From Trueperaceae bacterium (GTDB taxonomy: Bacteria > Deinococcota > Deinococci > Deinococcales > Trueperaceae), in assembly GCA_040905465.1 (NCBI GenBank), contig JBBDRK010000040.1, positions 1 to 37,605 on the forward strand: a stretch of DNA of 37,605 nucleotides, in the 5' to 3' direction. The notes beneath the pieces are model-generated. The model did not search any database, was not told the origin of the DNA, and saw nothing but the letters and a program-made list of their open reading frames with translations. Each line of letters begins with the position of its first letter. Position 1 is the stretch's first letter. Shown here one piece after another: positions 11,041 to 19,193 of the stretch. A program made the position numbers and the translations under genes.

Positions 11041-11448
11041 TCACACGACCTCGATCCTCACCATGTCCTGCAGACCGACGAAGTCGTCGGCGTTTCGAGT
11101 GAAGAGCGGCAGTCCGTGGATGCTAGCGATTGCGGCGATCATCAGGTCGAGGCGGCGAGCGCGCCCTTTCCGGCCGGCCGCCACCGTCAGTGCCACCAGC
11201 GACCCGTACTTTCGCGCGGCTCCCGCGTCGAACGGCAGTGGAGCAAGGTATGCGTTCTCGGCGAGCTGAAGGCGTTCGAGCCGGACGGCGCGCTCGCGGT
11301 CGTCGCGTGCCAGGTGTGGGCCCTGGGAGAGCTCGGCGAGGGTAACGGCCGTGATCGTAGCTTTCAGCGGTAGCCGCTCTTCTTGTATCTCCGGAAGGTC
11401 GATGACGACAGAAGTGTCAAGTACGCCGTAGTCGTATCGCTCACTCAT
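11041..11448 (-). CDS. vapC: VapC PIN-domain toxin
   Basis: VLDTSVVID, TLAEL, DLMIAAIA, LFTRNADDF acidic PIN residues; overlaps the antitoxin stop by 8 nt. Confidence 0.92.
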   Translation of the reverse strand: MSERYDYGVLDTSVVIDLPEIQEERLPLKATITAVTLAELSQGPHLARDDRERAVRLERLQLAENAYLAPLPFDAGAARKYGSLVALTVAAGRKGRARRLDLMIAAIASIHGLPLFTRNADDFVGLQDMVRIEVV

Positions 11449-11713
11449 TCGTGCGACGACCTCGAGATCGCTCTACGCGGTCCTCGCCGAATATCGCGTC
11501 GGCTTCGGCGCGCATCCTGGCGTAACCGCCCGGTGGAAGTGACGCGAACGCGGCCTTGAGCTCCGCGCTCGAGACGAACGCCTTTACCGGAACGGGTCGC
11601 AGCTCTGCGACCTCGACCCCATGCCGGGTAATGAGGAAACTCTCGCCACGCTCGACGGCGTCCATGAGCGCGGCACTGCCGTTGCGCAACTCACGCTGGC
11701 TGATCCTCTTCAC
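11441..11713 (-). CDS. vapB: Phd/YefM-family antitoxin (VapB role)
   Basis: MKRISQRELRN...AVERGESFLITRHGVEVAELRP; GTG 11713 is preferred over ATG 11728, which lies within the promoter/operator. Confidence 0.88.
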   Translation of the reverse strand: MKRISQRELRNGSAALMDAVERGESFLITRHGVEVAELRPVPVKAFVSSAELKAAFASLPPGGYARMRAEADAIFGEDRVERSRGRRTNE

Positions 11714-11718
11714 GCCTG

Positions 11719-11738
11719 AGTGTAGCATAAGGTGCTAC
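11719..11738 (-). promoter_or_regulatory. vapBC extended -10 overlapped by a palindromic operator
   Basis: GTAGCA-N5-TGCTAC (11722-11738) overlapping TGcTACACT, which is 5 nt before GTG 11713. Confidence 0.75.
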
Positions 11739-12024
11739 GCGCACCCTCGTCCCTCGCCGGAAGGGTGCCGCTGAGTCGATGCGACTGAGCCACCGGGGGC
11801 AGGCACCGCACAGGCCTGCGACAACCCCGTTCCCGAACGTCGTGCAGCTAGAGGGATTCTGCCGCACGACTACGTCAGGTTGCGTATCCGCCGAACGCCA
11901 AGCAGGAGGGACCACCGAAGGGCCCATCTCGCGGGCGTCGCTGGACGGGAGAGATCGTCCGCAGCAGGCATCGATCAAGGGTCGGGCGACAGTCACCTTA
12001 GCTGTCGACGAGCACACTTGCCGC

Positions 12025-12651
12025 ATGTACATATACGCGACTGAAGAGCACCGGACAGATGAGGCCAGGCCGACGGCCAGCGTCGAGGACAGGCTCGAGG
12101 GGCTGCTCGAATATGCACCGGTTAGAGGCGCCATTGCCGGCGCACTCGCTACCGTTCCCATGACGTTGTCCATGTATGCCATGGATCGGCTGGTGCCGCA
12201 CGAGGAGGGAGACGAGCTTCCCCCACGACAGATAACCGAGGAGTTGGCGGAGCGTACCGGGACCAAGGAGAATGCCCAGGAAACCACACTGGATCTCGCA
12301 ACCGAGGCCGCCCATTTCGGCTTCGGAAGCGTAACGGGCGCGATATACGGTTCGCTGGCCGGACGTGTGCCGCTGCCATCGACCGTTGCCGGTATCGGTT
12401 TCGGACTGGCGGTCTGGACCGCCAGTTATGCAGGCGCCCTGCCCGGTCTCGGTCTGCAGCGGCCGCCCGACCGCCGGCCCGCCTGGCGCAACCTCACCAT
12501 GATTGCGGGCCACGTGGTCTGGGGCGCCGCGCTCGGGTGGAGCGAGCAGCGCTTGCGAAATCGCCGTCGGGCCGTGGCGTGGGTACCGGGAGAGCGGCAG
12601 GGCCGAGACAGGGGCGTCGGCAGGGGTGTCGCGTTCAGCGAACATGGCTGA
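12025..12651 (+). CDS. Membrane protein, DUF1440/DUF6789-like (start uncertain)
   Basis: GAIAGALATVPMT, ELPPRQIT, AHFGFG, WTASYAGALPGLGL, MIAGHVVWGAALG; about 4 hydrophobic helices; CACACT 6 nt before ATG 12025. Confidence 0.7.
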   Translation: MYIYATEEHRTDEARPTASVEDRLEGLLEYAPVRGAIAGALATVPMTLSMYAMDRLVPHEEGDELPPRQITEELAERTGTKENAQETTLDLATEAAHFGFGSVTGAIYGSLAGRVPLPSTVAGIGFGLAVWTASYAGALPGLGLQRPPDRRPAWRNLTMIAGHVVWGAALGWSEQRLRNRRRAVAWVPGERQGRDRGVGRGVAFSEHG

Positions 12652-12689
12652 AAGGATGCCAGAAGTTCGATGAACGCGACACCCCTGCC
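12619..12689 (+). repeat. 71-bp palindromic dispersed repeat, copy 1
   Basis: Perfect 19-bp arms ggcaggggtgtcgcgttca / tgaacgcgacacccctgcc around cgaac-a-tggc-tgaaaggat-gcca-gaa-gttcg; homologous to 15828-15898. Confidence 0.9.
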
Positions 12690-12762
12690 TCCTGCGAGGC
12701 GGCTTCGAACCTGAGCGGACCGAGTACCCGGTACGCCCGACTCCTGTTAAAGTGCCCCGTCA

Positions 12763-13611
12763 ATGCGTCTCGCGGTGATCTCCGATATCCATGGCAACCT
12801 GGCCGCGCTGGAGGCTGCACTTGCCGACATCGAGTCGCTGGGAGTGGATCTGGTGGTGGTCGCCGGCGATCTGGTCAACGGCGCACCGGACTCACGCGCT
12901 TGCTGGGAGTTGATCCGCTCGCGCGGTTACTCGATGTTGCGGGGGAACCATGAACGTTATCTGTTCGACCTGGGCACCCCTGCCGAGGCGGCGGAGTGGC
13001 AAGGCGAGAGGTTCGGCGCCGTGCGTTGGGCGGCCGCACGGTTCAGCCGCGCCGAGCTGGACGAAATGCGGGATCTGCCCGACTGCCCCCGCCCGGCCGA
13101 TTGCCACGATCTGTTGATAGTCCACGCATCGCCCCGGCGTGACAACGACAACCTGCGGCCGTACACGCCGGAGGATGAAATCCGGGCGATGTTCGCGGGA
13201 ACGAGCGAGGCCCTGGTGATCCGTGGCCACAACCATATAGGCAACACCCTTCAGTTGAGCGGTCGAACGAACGGCAACGCCAGGACGGTCGAGCGCACGA
13301 TAGTCACTTGCGGCTCGGTCGGAATGCCCCTCGACGGCAACGCCAGCGCGCAGTACCTCCTGCTCGAGCGCCACGGCCGGAGCTGGCGCTGGGAGCACCG
13401 CTCGGCGCGGTACGACGTCGATGCCACGCTGCGCCGCTTTCACGAGGACGGTTACCTCGAAGCGGCGGGACCGATCGGTCGACTTCTCATGAGGGAGATC
13501 GCCACCGCCAGCCACCAGATGGTCCCGTTCCTCAGCTCCTGGGAACGTTGGTCTGATGGTGGAGAGCTCGACCTGGCGGCGGCGGTAGACAGCTTCCTAA
13601 ACGCCTATTGA
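12763..13611 (+). CDS. Calcineurin-like metallophosphoesterase (YfcE/MJ0912-like)
   Basis: SDIHGN, AGDLV, RGNHE, VHASP, GHNH, GSVG motifs. Confidence 0.92.
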   Translation: MRLAVISDIHGNLAALEAALADIESLGVDLVVVAGDLVNGAPDSRACWELIRSRGYSMLRGNHERYLFDLGTPAEAAEWQGERFGAVRWAAARFSRAELDEMRDLPDCPRPADCHDLLIVHASPRRDNDNLRPYTPEDEIRAMFAGTSEALVIRGHNHIGNTLQLSGRTNGNARTVERTIVTCGSVGMPLDGNASAQYLLLERHGRSWRWEHRSARYDVDATLRRFHEDGYLEAAGPIGRLLMREIATASHQMVPFLSSWERWSDGGELDLAAAVDSFLNAY

Positions 13612-13636
13612 CGAGCAACGCCGGCAATCTGGACCG

Positions 13637-15502
13637 TCAGAACCGCTTGCGGGAACGGCCGAAGCCGGCCGGCATCCTCAAGCGCCGTTCCGCCTCGCGC
13701 GCCACCTGCTTGGAGGCGATCTCCTTGAGTTCGGAGTACAACGCATCCAACCTCTCCCCCGGCAAGCTGGAGTCAGCCAGGAGCGCCTGGATCTCCTCCA
13801 TTCGCTCCAGTAGTCTCGATTGCTGGCTGGTCTTCTCGCCGTCGAGGTACAGCTCCCGCAAGCGCGAGAGCAGCTTGTCTATGTTGCCGTCGATGTCGAT
13901 CTTCGAGTCGCCGGCAGCGGCCGACTCCCCGAATAGCCGCGCCCAGACAACGCTGCCTTCGTCCCGCTCCCGGTAGCGGAGAAGTACCCGGCGATCGTCG
14001 AACTCGCACTCGCGACACAGCTCGTGGAACTCCCGAAGCAAAGAATCGGCTGCCGGTGGCAGGGACGCTTCCAGCCCGGTGAGCCGCGACCGCAGGCGCG
14101 CGGGCTCGAGCAGCAGCAGGGCGATGACCTCGAGTTCGAGAGATTCCGCTTGGCCACGGACACTCCGTGTGCCCTTCATGCCGCGCACCTGGGTGTCGTC
14201 GAGCCGGCCGCCGCGGCTGCTGCTGCCCAACCAGGAGTCGAGCGAACGCTCCTCGATTCCCAGCTTGTCTATAACCAACCGGCGCATCTCGGCGGCCACC
14301 GGATCGAAGACGGATCTCGCCTTGAGCGCCGGCATGAGTTCGTTGAGGATCGACTTCTGGCCCTGCACGGTAGTGGCGTCGAAGCGCTCGAGCACGCTGC
14401 TGAAGCGAAACTCGACCTCCGATAATCCGTCCTCGAGCGCGGCCAGGAAGTCGTCGAGGTGGCCCCCCATCACCGCGTCGGCCGGGTCCTTGCCGAACGG
14501 AACCTGCACCGCCCGCACTAGGAACTGCCGGCCCACGGCCTGCTCCAGCCCGGAAAGAACCGCCCGCTGGCCGGCCGAATCGGCATCGAACGCGAGGTAC
14601 AGCGTGTGCACGTCGAGCCGGCTCAACTGGTCCGCCTGCTCGGAGGTCAGGGTTGCGCCCAACGCCGCCACCGCGTGCCGCACGCCCACCTGATGCAGGG
14701 CGATGACATCCATGTAGCCCTCGACCACGATGCACTCACTGCGTGAACGGATCTCGCCGCGGGCGTTGTCGAGGCCGTACAGCAGCCGGCCCTTGTGGAA
14801 GATGTCGGTCTCCGGCGTGTTCAGGTACTTGGGCAGCGAGTCGTCCAGCACCCTTCCGGCGAATCCCACGACACGTCCGAGCGGGTCGCGAATCGGAAAG
14901 ATCACGCGGTTGCGGAACCGGTCGAACCTGCGTCCGCTGTCGTTCTCCGAGAGCAGGCCGGCGTCCAGCAGTTCCTGGTCGCGGTAGCCCTTGGTAAGCG
15001 CGTGGCGGAGGAGCCCATCCCAGCCGTCGGGCGCGAAGCCGAGACCGAATGTCTCGACCGTCTCGTCGCTCAGCCCGCGCCGCCCGAAGTAGCCGCGAGC
15101 CGTTGCTCCGCCCTGTGGGTGGCGGAGTTGCTCGATGAAGTAGGCCAGCGCCATGGAGTTTACGTCGTACAGGTCCTTGCGCTTGCGGTCGCGTGGGGTG
15201 GGAGGCGTGACCTCGACGCCAACTCGGTGACCGAGCGTCTGCATGGCCTCGCCGAAGGAGAGTCCCTGGCTACGCATTACGAAGTCGAAGACGTCGCCCT
15301 TGGCCTGGCAACCGAAACAGTAGAAAAAACCGCGGTCGCGATGAACGTGGAAAGAAGGCGTCTTCTCGCTATGGAACGGGCACAGGCCCTTGAGCTGATC
15401 ACGTCCCGCGGGCTTGAGAGCCACCAGTTCGCCGATCAGCTCGGCAATGTCGAGCCGTTCCCGAATCTGTTCTTTGGCGCCGTCCGCCACGCTGCCCGCC
15501 AC
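13637..15502 (-). CDS. dnaG: DNA primase
   Basis: Zinc finger CPFHSEKTPSF...CFGC, KYLNTPET, TOPRIM VEGYMDV and FDADSAG; GGAGG RBS. Confidence 0.97.
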   Translation of the reverse strand: MAGSVADGAKEQIRERLDIAELIGELVALKPAGRDQLKGLCPFHSEKTPSFHVHRDRGFFYCFGCQAKGDVFDFVMRSQGLSFGEAMQTLGHRVGVEVTPPTPRDRKRKDLYDVNSMALAYFIEQLRHPQGGATARGYFGRRGLSDETVETFGLGFAPDGWDGLLRHALTKGYRDQELLDAGLLSENDSGRRFDRFRNRVIFPIRDPLGRVVGFAGRVLDDSLPKYLNTPETDIFHKGRLLYGLDNARGEIRSRSECIVVEGYMDVIALHQVGVRHAVAALGATLTSEQADQLSRLDVHTLYLAFDADSAGQRAVLSGLEQAVGRQFLVRAVQVPFGKDPADAVMGGHLDDFLAALEDGLSEVEFRFSSVLERFDATTVQGQKSILNELMPALKARSVFDPVAAEMRRLVIDKLGIEERSLDSWLGSSSRGGRLDDTQVRGMKGTRSVRGQAESLELEVIALLLLEPARLRSRLTGLEASLPPAADSLLREFHELCRECEFDDRRVLLRYRERDEGSVVWARLFGESAAAGDSKIDIDGNIDKLLSRLRELYLDGEKTSQQSRLLERMEEIQALLADSSLPGERLDALYSELKEIASKQVAREAERRLRMPAGFGRSRKRF

Positions 15503-15628
15503 TGTCTCAACCTCCGCCCGACGCCAATCCTCCGCCTCGCGGCCCCCAGCCTTGCGCGGAGCCTAACTCGGCCCAACTCGACCGTTTCTCCTCCGAGAAT
15601 ATCACGCAGCCCGGCCACCCCCGCCGGC

Positions 15629-15730
15629 AAGCTGCCCTAACGCGAAGGCGTTCGCACCGAAGCACGGGCAACGCCGAGCCCAACGAGTTCGCAACGGGAA
15701 GCTGCCGCTACGCGAAGGCGTTCCCCCCGA
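15629..15730. repeat. Direct repeat pair with 70-bp period
   Basis: aagctgccctaacgcgaaggcgttcgcaccga (15629-15660) vs aagctgccgctacgcgaaggcgttccccccga (15699-15730), 27/32 identical. Confidence 0.8.
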
Positions 15731-15827
15731 CACGCTGCCCGGTTTCTACACCCCTATCGCCCGGCGACCGCTCGCGGCCGCCCGGGCCACACCACCCCAC
15801 TTCCCAAGTTCGCAGCGAAGCAAGCGA

Positions 15828-15898
15828 GGCCGGGGTGTCGCGGCGAGCGAACTTCTGGCGTCCTTTCCGCCATGTTCGTCCGTCGCGACACCCCGGCC
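15828..15898 (-). repeat. 71-bp palindromic dispersed repeat, copy 2 (inverted relative to copy 1)
   Basis: Perfect 15-bp arms ggccggggtgtcgcg / cgcgacaccccggcc; minus-strand core cgaac-a-tggcg-gaaagga-cgcca-gaa-gttcg; 58/71 identical to copy 1. Confidence 0.9.
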
Positions 15899-15920
15899 GA
15901 AGCACGGGCGATGCCAAGCA

Positions 15921-16451
15921 CTACCGGGGAAATAACGGAAGATGCCCAAGCGCCACCACGTCGTCGCGCGGTTCACCCTCGGTGAACACCACCAGCGTGG
16001 CGACCACTTCACCGCCGATCTCCTCGAGCAGCTCCCGCAGCCCTTCGAGGGTTCCGCCGGTGCTGACCACGTCATCGACTATCGCGACCTTACGGCCGCG
16101 AATTCGATCGACGTCGGCGCCGTCGATCACCAGTTCCTGGGGCTTACCGGTGGTTATGGACAGCACCGTTCGCTTGACGGCATCCACCATGTAGGGCTTC
16201 TCGGTCTTGCGCGCCACCACGTAGGGAATGCCGGTATTGCGGCTCATCGCGTGGGCCAGCGGCACCGCCTTGACCTCCGGGGTGATCAGCACTTCGATCC
16301 CCTCGGGCATGCAGCGTCCCAGCTCGGCGGCGGCCTCCTCGGTCAGTTCGGTATCGCCCAGCAGGTTGAGCAGCGCCACGGAAACCTCTCCGACGCTGAC
16401 GATCTTCAGTCGGCGTTCGGCCTTTCCGATGCGAACAGTGTAGTGCTCCAT
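15921..16451 (-). CDS. Purine phosphoribosyltransferase (Apt-like)
   Basis: PRPP-binding motif [28 protein letters not shown] 16451 with AAAGGGG RBS. Confidence 0.9.
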   Translation of the reverse strand: MEHYTVRIGKAERRLKIVSVGEVSVALLNLLGDTELTEEAAAELGRCMPEGIEVLITPEVKAVPLAHAMSRNTGIPYVVARKTEKPYMVDAVKRTVLSITTGKPQELVIDGADVDRIRGRKVAIVDDVVSTGGTLEGLRELLEEIGGEVVATLVVFTEGEPRDDVVALGHLPLFPR

Positions 16452-16536
16452 GGTCGCGAGACCCCTTTCAGCTCCCACCGCCGGGGTTCCGGGAAGAGCA
16501 TAGCGCGGTCGCCGGAACGGGCCGGCGCCTGTCGCC

Positions 16537-17403
16537 TCAGTCGAACACGATAGTCTTGTTGCCGTACACCAGGATACGGTCGTCGAGGTGGGCCGCGACC
16601 GCCCGGGCGAGCACCATCCGCTCGACCTCCCTGCCCACTCGGGCGAGGTCGGCGACCGACTCGCGGTGCGAAACCCGGTGCACGTCCTGGGCGATAATCG
16701 GCCCCTCGTCGAGGTCGTCAGTGACGTAGTGAGCCGTCGCGCCGATCAGCTTGACGCCACGCTCGTAGGCGTGGCGGTACGGATTGGCTCCCATGAAGGC
16801 AGGCAGGAACGAGTGGTGGATGTTGATGATGCGCTCGGGCCAGCGGGCAACGAACTCCGCCGACAGAATCTGCATGTAGCGGGCCAGCACGATCATGTCG
16901 ACGCGTCCCTCGAGCAACTCCTGCATCGCCGCTTCCTGCCGGGCACGGCTTTCCGTGGTGACCGGCAAGTGATGGTACTCGACGCCCAGCGACTCGCTCA
17001 CGTCGCGCAGGTCGTCGTGGTTGGACAGTACCAGCGGTATCTCCACGTCGAACTCTCCGCTGCGTGTGCGCCACAGCAGCTCCAGCAGGCAGTGATCGTA
17101 ACGGCTCACCAGTACCGCCATCCGCTTGCGCCGATCGGCGTAAGAGATTCGCCAGTCCATCGCGAAGGGTGCAGCCACCTCCTCGCCGAACGCCCGTTCG
17201 AGCTCCGACCTCCCCAGGTCCAGGCCGCTGCAGTGGAACACCATTCGCATGAAGAAGGTTCCCCCGCTCGGATCGGTGGAGTGCTGCGACGAGTCGAGCA
17301 CGTTGGCGCCATGGGCGTAGAGGAATCGAGAAACGGCGGCCACGATACCGCGTCGGTCGGGGCAAGAGATAAGCAGCCTTGCCGTGTTGGCTCTCTCAGT
17401 CAT
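16537..17403 (-). CDS. purU: Formyltetrahydrofolate deformylase
   Basis: ACT domain [40 protein letters not shown]. Confidence 0.97.
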   Translation of the reverse strand: MTERANTARLLISCPDRRGIVAAVSRFLYAHGANVLDSSQHSTDPSGGTFFMRMVFHCSGLDLGRSELERAFGEEVAAPFAMDWRISYADRRKRMAVLVSRYDHCLLELLWRTRSGEFDVEIPLVLSNHDDLRDVSESLGVEYHHLPVTTESRARQEAAMQELLEGRVDMIVLARYMQILSAEFVARWPERIINIHHSFLPAFMGANPYRHAYERGVKLIGATAHYVTDDLDEGPIIAQDVHRVSHRESVADLARVGREVERMVLARAVAAHLDDRILVYGNKTIVFD

Positions 17404-17492
17404 CGGCGTTCACGAAACCGCACGATACCCGATCGGCGCCGCATGTGGCGAGGACGAGAACCGACCGACGTGGACGGAGGTAAAGTGCTCCG

Positions 17493-19112
17493 ATGCAGTT
17501 CCTGCCGCCCACTACCAGACGCGTCTTCGGACAGGTCTGGCGGTTGGCGCTGCCGGTCATCGTGGCGAACGTCCTGCAAAGCCTGGTAAATGTCGCGGAC
17601 GTGTTCCTGGCGGGCCGGCTCGGTCCCGTGGAGATCGCCGCCGTCGGCATGGGAACGAGCGTAAGGATGCTGGTGATGGTAGGCATCATGGCGGTCACGG
17701 TGGGCTGCATGGCGTTGGCCGCCCAGGCGCGCGGCGCCGGTGATGACTTCGAACTCAGCCGAGTAGCTCGCCAGTCGCTGTCGCTGGCAGTCCTCCTGTC
17801 ACTGCTGTTGGGCGCCGTCGGCTTCCTGGGCGCCGGCCCGATCCTCGCCTTCCTCAACTCGGGAGGGGATCCGCTGGCCGTCGAGCTCGGCACCGCCTAT
17901 CTGCAGATTCTGTTCGCCGGGACCGTGTTCATGATGCTGAACTTCACCATCAGCTCGCTCATGCAAGGCGCCGGGGACACGATCACGCCGCTTTACATCT
18001 CTGCCGGAATGAACGTGGCGAACGTGGCCTTCAGCACTGCGCTGATGTTCGGCGCCGGCCCGCTGCCGGCCCTGGGGGTAACCGGCATCGCCCTCGGCAC
18101 CGTGCTGTCCCGGATCCTGGCGACGTTCGCGGGGCTGCTCCTGTTCTACTCGGGCGGCAACGCAGTCCGGCTTCTTCCCGGCAGCTACCTGCCCGACCGA
18201 GACATGTTCCGGCAGATCCTGTCCATCGGGATCCCCTCCGGCCTCCAGGGAATCGCCCGCAACGGCTCGCAGATCCTGGTGCTGCGCATCGTCACCTCGA
18301 CCGCCGCCGGCACCTACGGCGCCAGCGCGCTGGCTATCGGGATCCAGGTGGAGTCGCTGGCGTTCATGCCCGGCCTGGCGGTGAGCGTGGCCGCCACCAG
18401 CCTGGTCGGCCAGGCCCTGGGCGGCTGGCAGGTGGAGGAGGCGAAGGAACGGGGCAATGTCGCGGTGGCGCTGGGCGCCGTGCTGATGGGAGCCCTGGGA
18501 CTGCTGCTGTGGTTGTTCGCGGAACAGCTGGTTCGACTGTTCGACCCGACCGCCCACCCCACCGTCGTTGCTGCCGGCACCTCGTACCTGCGGATCAACG
18601 CACTCTCGCAACCGCTCCTGGCCGTGGCGATGGTCGTCAACGGCGCGCTGCGCGGCGCCGGCGATACCCGTCCGACGCTGGTATCGACCATCATCGGCCG
18701 CTGGCTGGTGGTGGTGCCGCTCTCCTGGTTCCTGGCCTTCCCGGTCGGCATGGGCGTCGACGGCGTCTGGTGGGCGCTGTTTGCGGGCACTGCCGTCCAG
18801 GCGACTCACGTGGCCGCCCGCTGGTTGGGCGGCAAGTGGACGAGCGTGGGACTTCGCAAGTCGCGGCTCTACCGGTTGCACCTCCGGTTTCTGCCGGAAG
18901 AGCTGCAACACCGCTACCTCACCGAGGTGAAAGCGCCGCTGATGGCACAGGGCAACACCCGCGAACGGGTGGAGGAGCACGGCGTGTCGTACCGGCTGCC
19001 GGGGGGCGTGGTCGAGCTCGAGTTCGACGAGTCGTATCGAATCGTCGAAGGCCGGGAGTTGCTGGCAGGTTGCCAGAGCCCGCTTGCCGGCGGTTCGAGG
19101 CCGTCGGGGTAG
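17493..19112 (+). CDS. MATE family efflux transporter with a soluble C-terminal extension
   Basis: LALPVI start, QGAGDTITP, GIPSG, LRGAGDTR; about 12 TM helices. Confidence 0.93.
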   Translation: MQFLPPTTRRVFGQVWRLALPVIVANVLQSLVNVADVFLAGRLGPVEIAAVGMGTSVRMLVMVGIMAVTVGCMALAAQARGAGDDFELSRVARQSLSLAVLLSLLLGAVGFLGAGPILAFLNSGGDPLAVELGTAYLQILFAGTVFMMLNFTISSLMQGAGDTITPLYISAGMNVANVAFSTALMFGAGPLPALGVTGIALGTVLSRILATFAGLLLFYSGGNAVRLLPGSYLPDRDMFRQILSIGIPSGLQGIARNGSQILVLRIVTSTAAGTYGASALAIGIQVESLAFMPGLAVSVAATSLVGQALGGWQVEEAKERGNVAVALGAVLMGALGLLLWLFAEQLVRLFDPTAHPTVVAAGTSYLRINALSQPLLAVAMVVNGALRGAGDTRPTLVSTIIGRWLVVVPLSWFLAFPVGMGVDGVWWALFAGTAVQATHVAARWLGGKWTSVGLRKSRLYRLHLRFLPEELQHRYLTEVKAPLMAQGNTRERVEEHGVSYRLPGGVVELEFDESYRIVEGRELLAGCQSPLAGGSRPSG

Positions 19113-19193
19113 AATGCCGGTTCCTTGCTGGAGCTCCGCCTGGAGCGTAGAACTCCACTCTGGGGCGATTGACGCCCGTGGTACCTTGGACCG

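Noticed and set aside
11004-11446. 10-bp direct repeat tcgctcactc on either side of vapC
   Set aside because: One copy is within the vapC start codons and it does not bracket the whole TA module; likely chance.
11779-12024. 82-aa N-terminal extension of the membrane protein
   Set aside because: No RBS or recognisable family features; treated as intergenic, though the start is uncertain.
12619-12689. Hairpins as simple intrinsic terminators or tRNA fragments
   Set aside because: No U-tract on either side, far longer than needed, conserved loop sequence, and no cloverleaf or T-loop context.
13260-13299. Imperfect 14-bp duplication in the metallophosphoesterase loop
   Set aside because: The 26-nt spacing is out of frame and the similarity is weak.
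15629-15730. Possible mini-CRISPR (two ~30-bp repeats, 70-bp period, small internal hairpin)
   Set aside because: Only two imperfect units, the 'spacer' is itself made of modules repeated nearby, and there is no cas gene or AT-rich leader.
12619-15898. Inverted 71-bp copies as ends of a composite transposon or invertible segment
   Set aside because: The enclosed DNA includes essential dnaG; no transposase, recombinase or target-site duplication seen; each copy is self-palindromic.
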